A stretch of DNA of 64,000 bases from Nitrospirales bacterium (GTDB lineage: Bacteria > Nitrospirota > Nitrospiria > Nitrospirales > UBA8639). The stretch is from the NCBI GenBank assembly GCA_965223615.1, contig CBDCXB010000002.1, positions 114,267 through 178,266 of the forward strand. Direction: 5' to 3'. The position numbers were made by a program, and so were the translations under genes. Position 1 is the stretch's first letter, and every line of letters begins with the position of its first letter. Shown here in pieces: positions 19,055 through 28,524 of this stretch. The notes beneath the pieces are model-generated. The model was not told where the DNA came from. It searched no databases and saw only the letters and a list, made by a program, of their open reading frames with translations.

Positions 19055-19311
19055 GATCTTCCTCCGACCCCAATAAATAAAGAATTCCTCGTAAACATTA
19101 TAAAAAGCAACCCAATTTCTTATATTTCAATGAAAGTGCCCAAAACTCTCAACAATAGGCCACAATTATACACAAGGAGCCTCAACGAACACACCCCCTC
19201 AAAAGAACTATAAGGAAAGAGGGAAGCAGGAGTCTCTTGCAATGTTAGAGGCAATTTTAGTCATTTGATGTGGAACTAGGCCGTTTGCGACCCAGACGTC
19301 CGCTTTGGGTC

Positions 19312-20982
19312 CAGGCTGTGTGAAAACTTCAACTTGCCCATCATTAGCCATGCGCTACTTGGCGCAGCAGGCCATCTCCTCTTGAGTTGTTCGTTGAGAC
19401 GAACGTTTCTGTTTTGGAGCCCCATGAGCAACCTACTGCGTCACAGGCGGCGCTCCTGCGTCCATTTTTGTGGGTAGGAGGGTGGCCCTCACGCTTGGAT
19501 TGCCTGGAGGAGTGGCTTCACCCCAAGGATGGCCAACACCCGTTTGAAGTTGTACGCCAACACATGCAAACTCATCTCGGTGCGCACATGCTTGAGCGTT
19601 TTCATTTGGAAATGGGTGGCGCCCATCCAGGCTTTCAAGGTCCCGAATGGATGCTCCACCGTTTGTCGTCGCATGCGCATCCGCTCTGGCTCTCGCTCGA
19701 GACGGCCTTCGGCAGCCTCCAGCACGGCTTCATGTTCCCAGCGTGTGATTCGCCGATTCCTCCCGGTCGTACACTGCGACTTGATGGGACAGGTCGGACA
19801 GTGCGAGGACCAGTATCTGTGAAGCGTTAAGCCTTTCTCCTGTGTCTTGAACCGCCAGATCAAGCGTTCCCCGGCTGGGCACGCATACTCATTCTTGTCC
19901 GCGTGGTACACGAAGTCGCGTTTGCTGAACAACCCTTTCTTCGGACTCCCTGAGGTCTGCGGTTTGGGAAGATAGGTCGTAATCTTTGACTGTTCACAGG
20001 CCAGGAGTTCTTCACTGGTGAAGTAGCCCCGGTCAGCGACCACCTCGAGAGTCTCTGCTCCGATGGCCTCCTTCGCTTGGTGCGCCATGTGGTGCAACTG
20101 GTGCCGATCATGCCCTTCATTAGTGACCTCGTGAGTTACGATCAAGTGATGTGTCGCATCCACTGCTGTCTGCACGTTATACCCCACCATCCCCGTGCCT
20201 CGACCACTGGTGGCCATCGACCGCGCATCCGGGTCCGTCAGGGAGAGCTGTTGGTCCGGGGCTTGAAGCATTTGGACTTCGAGTTTTTTGAGACGTGCCA
20301 TTTCCGTCTTCAGGGCTGCGATCTTGTCCTCCAGCCGTTGGGTTTTGTCCTTGGCCACCGCCGCTTCGTGCCGATCCGCGCTGGCGATCTGGCTCAGATA
20401 CCGTTCAATGCTCTCATCAATCTGTTGTAAGCGGCGCTGGAGCTTGGCCTTGGTGAAGTTTCGGTCTCGATTATTCACGGCCTTGAACTTACTGCCGTCG
20501 ATGGCCACAAAGGCGTCGGCAAACAGATTGAGTTTCTTGCAGAGCAGGATGAACTCGCGACAGACCAAGCGAATGGCGGGCCCATTGTTCTTGCGAAAGT
20601 CGGCGATAGTCTTAAAGTCCGGGGCTAAGTGTCCGGTCAGCCACATGAGTTCCACGTTGCGGTGGGCTTCGCGTTCCAGACGACGACTGGATTGGATCCG
20701 GTTGAGATAGCCGTAGACATAAAGCTTCAACAGGGTTGTGGGGTGGTAGGCGGGGCGGCCCGTTTCCTCTGAATGGGTCTTGAAGCCCAGCCCGGAGAGA
20801 TCCAGCTCGTCGACGAAGACATCGATCACCCGAACGGCGTTGTCTTCGGCAATATACTCATCCAATCGTTCGGGGAACAGGGTCGCTTGGTGGCGATCGG
20901 TCCCTTGAATAAATCCACTCATTCCTGACACCTCCCTTGGAAAGGTGCAGTATACCTTCTTCAAGAGTTTTCACACAGCCTG
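19312..20982 (-). mobile_element. IS1182 family insertion sequence
   Basis: 17-bp terminal inverted repeats CAGGCTGTGTGAAAACT (19312-19328 and 20966-20982); 4-bp target duplication GGTC (19308-19311 and 20983-20986). Confidence 0.93.
19489..20922 (-). CDS. IS1182 family transposase
   Basis: MSGFIQGTDRHQATLFP..., GRPAYHP, PDFKTIADFR, DGSKF, TDPDAR, GYNVQ, ADRGYF and TVEHPFGTLK motifs; GGAGG RBS before ATG 20922. Confidence 0.96.
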   Translation of the reverse strand: MSGFIQGTDRHQATLFPERLDEYIAEDNAVRVIDVFVDELDLSGLGFKTHSEETGRPAYHPTTLLKLYVYGYLNRIQSSRRLEREAHRNVELMWLTGHLAPDFKTIADFRKNNGPAIRLVCREFILLCKKLNLFADAFVAIDGSKFKAVNNRDRNFTKAKLQRRLQQIDESIERYLSQIASADRHEAAVAKDKTQRLEDKIAALKTEMARLKKLEVQMLQAPDQQLSLTDPDARSMATSGRGTGMVGYNVQTAVDATHHLIVTHEVTNEGHDRHQLHHMAHQAKEAIGAETLEVVADRGYFTSEELLACEQSKITTYLPKPQTSGSPKKGLFSKRDFVYHADKNEYACPAGERLIWRFKTQEKGLTLHRYWSSHCPTCPIKSQCTTGRNRRITRWEHEAVLEAAEGRLEREPERMRMRRQTVEHPFGTLKAWMGATHFQMKTLKHVRTEMSLHVLAYNFKRVLAILGVKPLLQAIQA

Positions 20983-21274
20983 GGTCGGGAACCGACCGGT
21001 TGAAACCGCAGCCCAAAAGCGGACGTTTCATTAGAAATGTTTTTGGCGGAAGCGGAAAGATTTCTTTCCCACCCTGATAACCGCCACAGAACGCACGGAG
21101 CGACTCCATCAATCACCTAAGACAATGGCATTCATTAGAGGAAATACTGTATGGACATACCCCTTCAAAAGAGGGGTAAAGCTACTCAGATAGCTTATGT
21201 TACGTTCTGTTTCCGTTCATTCCGGTCGTTTTCACGAGAACTATAATAGAATTTCAATTTAATTTGGAGGAGAC

Positions 21275-21853
21275 ATGCTGCCTAAATTCTCTTACTACAA
21301 ATTAGTTTTACTGCTGGGACTTTCAATCATCAGCACAGGCACGTTTTCCCCACAAGAAGCGGCAGCATTACATATATTCCAATGGAGTTTTGAGGCAACA
21401 TTTGATGAGGGTGGTACCGTTACCGGTAGAATAGAGTACGACACTTCTACATCGACGATCATAACCGCGGAGGCCACATCGGATGGAGGAACCAAGTGGA
21501 CACCTCGGACATTTGACACTATTCAATTCAATAATAACTCAAACTGGATACGATTAATTGATGCAGCGGACGGGGCGGATTGGAGCTGAAGCCCAGGGTT
21601 AGATTTAGTACCAGATACGAACTGGGGCACACCCGGAGACCTGGGCGTGTTTTTGATCGAGTGCATTTCCGCCGCGTGCGATCTCGGGGATTTCAGGATT
21701 GAACCAAACACGTCCACCGTCACCGTAACAAATCGCACTCATACGGACCCGATTCCCGAGCCGGCCACCCTGTTATTATTCGCCAGCGGCCTTCTCGGCC
21801 TAGCTGGCTATCGATGGCAGCAACGGCGACGTGAGGGGACCCAGGTCGGATAA
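21275..21853 (+). pseudogene. PEP-CTERM protein interrupted by one in-frame TGA (21587-21589)
   Basis: ORFs 21275..21589 and 21647..21853 share a frame and the intervening sequence is open (SPGLDLVPDTNWGTPGDLGV). Signal peptide at the start; PIPEPATLLLFASGLLGLAGYRWQQRRR at the end. Confidence 0.85.
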
Positions 21854-21880
21854 CGAACTTACCTCAGATAGATAGTTAGG

Positions 21881-21919
21881 GAAGCCTCTTGTCGTCAGGA
21901 TGAGAGGCTTTCTTTTTTT
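21881..21919 (+). terminator. Intrinsic terminator
   Basis: gaagcctct...agaggctttc followed by a T-tract. Confidence 0.65.
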
Positions 21920-22115
21920 CTATAATCTTCAACTTCCGACTCACAAAATCTGAGCCATGCTCTTTGTGCCTTGCCTCATGCGTCACAAGCCTTGAGCCTT
22001 GGGTCTTACGAGGTGGGGCTCGCGACTTGTGATGCAAGAGAGGGATTAAACTTTAAGTAACCTAACGAAGAAAGTCAGACTGGTATTGAGAGGGAGGGAA
22101 TGAGGTTGGAAAAAA

Positions 22116-22191
22116 TGGAGCTGGCGAAGGGAATCGAACCCCCAACCTGCGGTTTACAAAACCGCTGCTCTGCCGATTGAGCTACGCCAGC
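22116..22191 (-). tRNA. tRNA-Thr(UGU)
   Basis: GCTGGCGTAGCTCAATCGGCAGAGCAGCGGTTTTGTAAACCGCAGGTTGGGGGTTCGATTCCCTTCGCCAGCTCCA: 76 nt, cloverleaf, TGT anticodon, TTCGA T-loop, CCA end. Confidence 0.97.
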
Positions 22192-22320
22192 TCTAAAGAA
22201 AAGGAATGGACAGATTGCCGTCCAGGAAATTTTATGGTTGTCTGTTGGGCCAAAGTCCAAGCCCCTGTGCGTGCTTTCAAGTACAGCATAAGCTTACCAT
22301 ACTTTCATTCAATTCTCACT

Positions 22321-23274
22321 TTATTGATTCCGTATTTCATTCCGTTTTTTTCGACGAAGAATTTGGTTCTTTTTGTTTTTTTCGGAATAGTCGATCCGAA
22401 TCGTTTGAACTTTTTTCTGGAGTTCGGCAAATTTATTCATGAGTTCTTGTTGGTCAACTTCTTGCTCTCCCGTCCCCTCCGGTCTGAGGAAGCTATAGAA
22501 GCTTAGTTCGGATTGAATCTTATGAATGTCTTCTTTTTCTTGCCATTTGAGTTTGAAATCTTCTTCCATATTTGAGAGTTCCCAATCCCTGAGGGCCTTC
22601 CCGTTTTTATACTCCCTGAGGGTTCGCATGTGTCGTTCATAGATCCGTTCGACTTCTTTTTCTTCACGATCGTTCCAGTTTTTTTCATTACGGGTGAGTT
22701 CTCCACCAATGGGCTCTGCCAGGATAGGGTCGGGTTTTTTGGTGAGGCCCAGTGAATCGGCTTCATCCAGAATTTCCTGATCTCGTTTGTCCAAAAGTTC
22801 ATTTTTCTGTTTTTGAATGGCCACTCGCTCTGCTTGTACAAGCGCGGCAGCCTCTTTTTTGATCCGAAAATTCTCATCGGCATATTGTTTGAATTGTTCT
22901 CGAAGTTTTTGTGTGGCTTCTGGTCCTTTCCCATGGGCACCAGTAAATAGCCCCATGATCAATTTTTGGTATTCGGCTTCGGCTGCCGCCTTTTTTTTGT
23001 CTCGATCAGCCTTCAGCTCTACCTCTGTTAACTCGAAGTCGAGGTCCAAATCCTTCAGTTGTTGTTGGTAGTCTGTTTTAAGGTCTCTGGCCAATGCTTG
23101 CAAAGAACGGTTAGCGTCCGTAAATTCGGCAGACCGGTCACGTTTTTGTTGTTGCCGTTCCTTATTGGCTTCTTGGCGTTGTTTTCGTAAGGCTTTGTCA
23201 TCTTTGGCGAGCACAGAATCCAATGGCACTATACAAAGAATGATGACAGCCATCAGGTACAGGCGTGCTTTCAT
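22321..23274 (-). CDS. Secreted coiled-coil hypothetical protein
   Basis: GGAGG RBS before MKARLYL; signal peptide ending VLA; highly charged helical sequence. Confidence 0.8.
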   Translation of the reverse strand: MKARLYLMAVIILCIVPLDSVLAKDDKALRKQRQEANKERQQQKRDRSAEFTDANRSLQALARDLKTDYQQQLKDLDLDFELTEVELKADRDKKKAAAEAEYQKLIMGLFTGAHGKGPEATQKLREQFKQYADENFRIKKEAAALVQAERVAIQKQKNELLDKRDQEILDEADSLGLTKKPDPILAEPIGGELTRNEKNWNDREEKEVERIYERHMRTLREYKNGKALRDWELSNMEEDFKLKWQEKEDIHKIQSELSFYSFLRPEGTGEQEVDQQELMNKFAELQKKVQTIRIDYSEKNKKNQILRRKKRNEIRNQ

Positions 23275-23409
23275 GTTTCCGACCCTCCCTTTATTATCTT
23301 GTTCACAAGTGTGTTCCATACGATTCTTTACTTAATCTGCTTCTTGTAATCCCTGTCAAGTAGACGTGGGTAGAAATAAGGGAATTTTATTTGTTGGTGG
23401 ATTCTGTCC

Positions 23410-24366
23410 TTAGGATACTTCAAGGAGGACTTTTAAGGTTCCAGAGTGAGCAGCTTGCTCCATTGCTTTGATGCCATCTTCTAAAGAGAACCGAGCATGG
23501 ATGAGCGGCTCCACTTGAATCTTTTGCCCTTCGAGTAAGCGGAGAGCTGGCGCGAATGGACCACATCGGGAGCCGATGACTGACACTTCATTGATGACCA
23601 ATTCGGTCATGTTGACGGCCACCTGCCCATGATAGGTGGACTTTAAGATAATTTTGCCGCGCGGCCTGACGAGTCGACTAGCAGTGGCCAATCCCTCGGG
23701 ACTTCCCGTGGCCTCCACCACCAGATCAACTCCTGGAGAGAGTTCCGAGGCATCATTCGAGAGGGCTACTCCCTGGGATTCCAACCACCCATGGTGCTGG
23801 CAATGTCGTCCCAAAAGGGTGATGTCACATCCTAAAAGAGCCAACACTTGGGTACACAATAGGCCCAGTTTTCCATCCCCGATGACGATAATACGATCGG
23901 TGGGTTGAATGAAAACCAGGTGGGGAATTTCACAGGCGGCAGCTAGAGGTTCAATGAAGACGGCGTGTTCGTCCGTAATCGAATCTGGAATGATATGCAG
24001 GTTTTCAACGGGAAGACTCAGGTAATCGGCGAATGTGCCATCCCGGCCTTGAATGCCCAGCACCGTTCGCTGGGGGCAATGAGTGGGGCGTCCGGCAAGA
24101 CACGTGGGGCATGTCCGACATGCGGCATTAATCTCTCCCACCACTCGTTTTCCGATTAATCCAGAGTGATTTGAGGCTTGTTCAACGACCCCCACAAATT
24201 CATGCCCCAGCACACCTTCATAACTCATATATCCCTTTAATATCTGAAGGTCTGTTGAACAAATCCCGGCTTTTAAGACTTGTACGGTGGCCTCTTCAGG
24301 AAGTGGGGAGGGTTTCGAGCGTGATGTCTGTAGATGCAGGGTTTTTTCCAGTACCAGTCCGCGCAT
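23410..24366 (-). CDS. Zinc-dependent alcohol dehydrogenase (MDR family)
   Basis: GICSTD, GHEFVG, CxxCxxCxxxxxxxC structural Zn site, GDGKLG and VVEATG motifs. Confidence 0.92.
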   Translation of the reverse strand: MRGLVLEKTLHLQTSRSKPSPLPEEATVQVLKAGICSTDLQILKGYMSYEGVLGHEFVGVVEQASNHSGLIGKRVVGEINAACRTCPTCLAGRPTHCPQRTVLGIQGRDGTFADYLSLPVENLHIIPDSITDEHAVFIEPLAAACEIPHLVFIQPTDRIIVIGDGKLGLLCTQVLALLGCDITLLGRHCQHHGWLESQGVALSNDASELSPGVDLVVEATGSPEGLATASRLVRPRGKIILKSTYHGQVAVNMTELVINEVSVIGSRCGPFAPALRLLEGQKIQVEPLIHARFSLEDGIKAMEQAAHSGTLKVLLEVS

Positions 24367-24535
24367 GAAGCCTCTCATCATTTTGAGATAATATTCGATA
24401 ACTCTCCGTAAGATAGCAAAACCTTCTGAAACCTTCATTATCTAAAAGCACCAGCATTCAAATAGAAGGAATCTTCCTACTAAGCCCAAAAAGAAGAAGA
24501 ATAGTTCTCTCTATGGCCAAGAAAAGCCTCGTCTG

Positions 24536-24562
24536 GAAAGTTTTTAGTCTTTATGTCGATAG
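24536..24562 (+). promoter_or_regulatory. Putative sigma28 (FliA) promoter
   Basis: GAAAGTTT-N11-GTCGATAG versus consensus TAAAGTTT-N11-GCCGATAA (7/8 and 6/8), upstream of a flagellar-rod-like gene. Confidence 0.6.
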
Positions 24563-24617
24563 GAGAAGGAGGATAGCAGCAAGTTACCTTACCGGAACCT
24601 TCGTGAAGGAGATTTTC

Positions 24618-24968
24618 ATGATTGCTGGATTACATTCCGCCCTTTCAGGCATGCAGGCTGGCGGCCGACTCTTAGGAGCCTCCGCTCATAATATTGCGAA
24701 TGCCTTGACGGAAGATTTCAAGCGCACGGAAGCCATTCCTGAAGTGAACGCCTCGGGAGGTGTTTCGGTCCGGCTAGAACAGGATAATCGTCCGGGTCCT
24801 ATCTTTTTCGATCCTGAGAGTCCTGATGAGCCTCGTGAGGGGTCTAATGTGGATTTGGCAGAAGAAATCGTTGGATCGCTTGAAGCTGCACACCTGTTTG
24901 AAGCCAATGCCGCCAGTTTTGAGATTCAGAACCGGGCGCTTGGGTCGGTGTTGGATATCCTGGAATAG
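24618..24968 (+). CDS. Small flagellar basal-body rod-like protein (Flg_bb_rod N-term + Flg_bbr_C)
   Basis: AAGGAG RBS; SALSGMQA...AHNIANALT and SNVDLAEEIV...FEANAASFE motifs. Confidence 0.85.
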   Translation: MIAGLHSALSGMQAGGRLLGASAHNIANALTEDFKRTEAIPEVNASGGVSVRLEQDNRPGPIFFDPESPDEPREGSNVDLAEEIVGSLEAAHLFEANAASFEIQNRALGSVLDILE

Positions 24969-25388
24969 CCTCGAAAATTTCTCCCCTGCCTTTCTCCTTT
25001 GCTTCACGCTTTTGTTGTCCTCACGCCCTGTCTCATCTTTTTTGAGTTTGTAGATTCCATCTTCATATCCCAACCGGGTATTTCATTTTTAGGCCTGAAT
25101 TTTTAGGAGACGACCGTTTGCATGGCGGAATACTTGAGTTTTCCCATGAATACTCTCGTCAATTAACAGAAAGACAGGGGTATAATGAGGAGGTTGGACG
25201 AAATTTGCTTGAAAAAAGCCCGTATTTGACTTTGAAGGTGACGAAACAATTATTGTAGAATCAATTGTTTAGCCTGTTTCTGGTGTTTCCAGGTAATTCT
25301 AGGGAGTCAAAGAGCTGCCGCTTTTTTGTCAATTTCGTCGAACCATTCCATTGAAGTTCCATATTTTATTTCCAATAGGGAGAATTGG

Positions 25389-26906
25389 ATGATGCACATG
25401 TCACGAATGCTGTCGCGTAGATTCCAAAGCATGGGATTGGGCCTGTCCCTAGTTGTAGGGGTTGGATTTGCTGGGGGCCTAATTGCAACTGGGGTGTTTA
25501 TACCCTCAAAAGCTGAAGCCATCGTGCCTGGTGCCTTTGCCGAAGGATTCTCAGAGATCGTTGAAAAAGTCGGTCCCGCAGTCGTCAATGTGGCGGTGAC
25601 TGGTGGCGGATCCTCCTCTCGTGCATTGCCTCCAGGGCCCTTTGGTGGTCCTCCCGGTGGTGGCCCTCCTGGCGGTCCTCCTGGTGGTGGCCCTCCCGGG
25701 CGCCCCCCTGGCCCCCCTGGAATGAGTGCGGGGTCCGGTGTGGTCATTGATCCTCGAGGGTACATCGTGACGAACAATCATGTCGTTGAAGATGCCAGTG
25801 AAATCAAGGTGACGTTTAACGATGGCCGGGAAGTGCCCGCGACCATGGTGGGGACGGATCCTAAGACGGATCTGGCGGTGATTAAGGTCAAGGTCGAAAA
25901 TGGGGATTTACCCTATGTTCCCTGGGGTAAGTATGATGCCCTTCGAGTGGGTGACTTTGTGTTAGCTCTCGGAAGTCCCTTTGGGCTCCGGTCATCGGTT
26001 TCTCTGGGTATCATTAGTGCCTTGGGGAGGGGGAGCGTAGGGATCACGGAATATGAAGATTTTATTCAGACCGATGCCGCCATTAATCCAGGGAACTCCG
26101 GAGGGGCCTTGGTCAATATGAATGGGGAACTCATCGGAATCAACACGGCGATCTTTTCCCGGACGGGGGGCTCAGAAGGTGTGGGCTTTGCCATTGCCGT
26201 GAGTATTGCCAAAGATATTGCCCTGAGTCTGATGGAGTCCGGAAAAGTGGTTCGAGGCTGGATGGGAGTAGCCATTCAGGAGTTGACGCCGGCACTCGCC
26301 AAATCTTTTCAACTCCCGGACAATCATCCCGGAGGAGTCTTGATCAGTGAAGTACATGAGGCTGGGCCATCCGCCAAAGCCGGGCTTCAACGTGGGGATG
26401 TGGTCCTTGAATATGGAGGGCAACCCGTGAAAGATGTGAATCATCTTCGCAACATTGTGGCTCGGACCAAAGTCGGCAAGCAAAAAGACTTGAAAGTTTT
26501 ACGCGAAGGGAAAGAGGTTACGCTGACCTTGGTGTTGGGAGAACGGCCGTCTGATCAAGTCTTGGCCAAACGTGGACCTGTTCCTCCTAAAGAAAAAGCG
26601 CCGGCCATGGAAATTCCCGACAATGTCTTGGCTGGGTTGCAGGTGGAACCTTTGAGTAAAGACAACCGGAGTCAATATGGCATTCCCGAAGAGGCCACCG
26701 GGGTCCTCGTGGCCAAGGTGAAATCAGGCAGTAAAGCGGAAGCTGCAGGAATTCAAGCTGGGGATCTCATCCAGGAAGTCAGCCGGGAAACGGTAAAATC
26801 CATGGATGATTACAAGAACATTGCTCTAAAAATCTCGAAAAACGAACTGGTCGTCCTGTTGATCAATCGGCGTGGCAATAATTTATTCGTGGCCGTTAAT
26901 CCATAA
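25389..26906 (+). CDS. degQ: DegQ/HtrA (Do family) serine endoprotease with two PDZ domains
   Basis: TNNHVV, TDLAVIK and QTDAAINPGNSGG catalytic triad; two PDZ domains; N-terminal TM/signal. Start approximate. Confidence 0.93.
   Translation: MMHMSRMLSRRFQSMGLGLSLVVGVGFAGGLIATGVFIPSKAEAIVPGAFAEGFSEIVEKVGPAVVNVAVTGGGSSSRALPPGPFGGPPGGGPPGGPPGGGPPGRPPGPPGMSAGSGVVIDPRGYIVTNNHVVEDASEIKVTFNDGREVPATMVGTDPKTDLAVIKVKVENGDLPYVPWGKYDALRVGDFVLALGSPFGLRSSVSLGIISALGRGSVGITEYEDFIQTDAAINPGNSGGALVNMNGELIGINTAIFSRTGGSEGVGFAIAVSIAKDIALSLMESGKVVRGWMGVAIQELTPALAKSFQLPDNHPGGVLISEVHEAGPSAKAGLQRGDVVLEYGGQPVKDVNHLRNIVARTKVGKQKDLKVLREGKEVTLTLVLGERPSDQVLAKRGPVPPKEKAPAMEIPDNVLAGLQVEPLSKDNRSQYGIPEEATGVLVAKVKSGSKAEAAGIQAGDLIQEVSRETVKSMDDYKNIALKISKNELVVLLINRRGNNLFVAVNP
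25629..25721 (+). repeat. Gly-Pro low-complexity coding repeat inside DegQ
   Basis: PPGPFGGPPGGGPPGGPPGGGPPGRPPGPPG, immediately before MSAGSG. Confidence 0.9.
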
Positions 26907-26915
26907 GGACATACC

Positions 26916-26950
26916 AAGAAGCCTAAAGGATCGCCTCCTTTAGGCTTCTT
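26916..26950 (+). terminator. Hairpin between degQ and tatC
   Basis: Perfect 15-bp stem aagaagcctaaagga-tcgcc-tcctttaggcttctt. Confidence 0.75.
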
Positions 26951-26965
26951 CTTGTTAGGACACCT

Positions 26966-27949
26966 ATGGCAGAACAAAGTAAATGGGGACGATGGTTTGA
27001 GGATAAAGTCTTCAAGCCCCTGGAAGATAAAAAAATGCCCGTTATGGAGCATTTGTTCGAATTCCAGGCACGCCTCACTCGTGCCGTCATCGTCATGGGG
27101 GCCGTGTTTGTCGGGACCTTTTTTTATGCGGATACCCTCGTAACATGGCTTCGGGTCCCCCTTCAAAATTATTTTATTATGGATTCCTTCGAATGGGTGC
27201 CTTCCGACCTACCGAAAATTCCCTTTGTCTTTTTAGCCCCTGGCGAGGCCTTATTTCAGAACATGAAAGTGGCGGCTCTGACTTCGGTGGTCCTGACCAC
27301 TCCGTATTGGCTTTGGGAAATCTGGCAGTTTGTGGTTCCCGGTCTCCATAGCCAGGAACGCCGGTTTATCGCACCGTTTACCGCCATTAGTACGGTGGCC
27401 TTTTATTTGGGGCTGGCCTTTTGCTTTTTCGTTGTCCTTCCTTTCGCCCTCCACTTTTTGATTTCGTATGGGTTGACCTCCGGGTTCATCGCGCAAATTT
27501 CTATCGCGAATTATGTTGGGTTTTTGTTGTGGTTTATGCTGGTCTTCGGTTTGATCTTTGAAGTGCCTTTGGCTATTACCCTGATGGCCAAATTGGGCTG
27601 GGTCGATGCTCCCTTATTGCGGCAATACCGAAAATGGGCCTTTTTAGGAGCCTTTTTATTCGCTGCCATTCTTACTCCCACCCCAGATCCCTTTAATCAG
27701 TGCATCATGGCCCTGCCCATGTATTTCTTCTATGAGGTGGGGATCATTAGCGCCCGAGTCTTTGGGAAGAAGAAACAGGTCGAAGACGATGATTCAGATG
27801 ATCATGCCTCTAATGGGGGACCCGGTAATGGAAAGATGACTGCAACTGATGCAGGGACTTCTAGCGCCTCGTCTCAAAAACAACCCGTGATCGCTGGGGG
27901 AGGCGGGGACGATGATTATGTCAGTGTGCCGGACTCCGGTCCCCGGTAG
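26966..27949 (+). CDS. tatC: Twin-arginine translocase subunit TatC
   Basis: MPVMEHLFE, WQFVVPGLHSQERR, FGLIFEVP and AAILTPTPDP motifs. Confidence 0.95.
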   Translation: MAEQSKWGRWFEDKVFKPLEDKKMPVMEHLFEFQARLTRAVIVMGAVFVGTFFYADTLVTWLRVPLQNYFIMDSFEWVPSDLPKIPFVFLAPGEALFQNMKVAALTSVVLTTPYWLWEIWQFVVPGLHSQERRFIAPFTAISTVAFYLGLAFCFFVVLPFALHFLISYGLTSGFIAQISIANYVGFLLWFMLVFGLIFEVPLAITLMAKLGWVDAPLLRQYRKWAFLGAFLFAAILTPTPDPFNQCIMALPMYFFYEVGIISARVFGKKKQVEDDDSDDHASNGGPGNGKMTATDAGTSSASSQKQPVIAGGGGDDDYVSVPDSGPR

Positions 27950-27972
27950 AATCAGCAACTGGAGGATGAAGA

Positions 27973-28455
27973 GTGGTCCGGGTCTCGGTGGTAGTGGTGA
28001 GTTCGAAAATATTGTCGGGGGAGAAAGCGGATACTGCCCAGGAAATGCTCAAAGAGACCTTGACGAACCACCAAATGTCTCTTTTATCCTATGATATCGT
28101 TTCCGATGATCGACAAGCCATCGGGGATCAACTCTCCCGGCTCTGTCTAGATTCTGCGCCAGGTGTCATTTTCACGGTAGGTGGGACGGGGGTGCGTCCC
28201 ACTGATTGGGCTCCGGAAGCGACTCGGGATGTGATCGATAAGGAAATCCCTGGAATCGGGGAAGCCATGCGTGCTGAAAGTCTCAAAAAGATTAAAACGG
28301 CCATGCTGTCTCGTGGAACGGCAGGCATCCGGGGACGTACCCTCATCATCAATCTTCCGGGTAGCCCCAAAGGTATGAAAGACAATCTTCAAGTCGTATT
28401 GCCACTGCTCGACCATATGGTGGAAAAAATATCAGGATCATCGGTGACATTATAA
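27973..28455 (+). CDS. mogA: MogA/MoaB molybdenum cofactor biosynthesis protein
   Basis: TVGGTGVRPTDWAPEAT, SRGTAG and NLPGSP motifs. Confidence 0.88.
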   Translation: MVRVSVVVVSSKILSGEKADTAQEMLKETLTNHQMSLLSYDIVSDDRQAIGDQLSRLCLDSAPGVIFTVGGTGVRPTDWAPEATRDVIDKEIPGIGEAMRAESLKKIKTAMLSRGTAGIRGRTLIINLPGSPKGMKDNLQVVLPLLDHMVEKISGSSVTL

Positions 28456-28524
28456 GATTCTATTGTTTATTTATCGGAGCCACGTGGTCCCCCGACTTCA
28501 AATTGGCTCCATGTGGAGGTATTC

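Larger units (their letters stand above)
17798..22191. mobile_element. Degenerate ~4.3-kb genomic island integrated at tRNA-Thr(UGU)
   Basis: Bounded by the tRNA and its duplicated 3' end; contains two PEP-CTERM genes and IS1182; no integrase ORF seen. Confidence 0.8.

Noticed and set aside
19126-19141. sigma54 promoter for the PEP-CTERM gene (GGGCAC-N5-TTGAA on the minus strand)
   Set aside because: It misses the invariant GC at -12 and the T before GG; too weak to call.
19387-20710. Plus-strand ORFs overlapping the transposase, and similar antisense ORFs over long genes throughout the window
   Set aside because: Shadow ORFs with no motifs, fully overlapping well-supported genes.
21587-21650. 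Selenocysteine readthrough of the TGA in the PEP-CTERM gene
   Set aside because: A gcccagg/cctgggc pairing exists, but there is no recognisable bacterial SECIS geometry, no redox motif and no Cys at the comparable paralog position; a nonsense mutation is simpler.
22075-22506. ORFs 22075..22260, 22177..22506 and 22206..22442
   Set aside because: They overlap the tRNA or the coiled-coil gene and have no protein-like signal.
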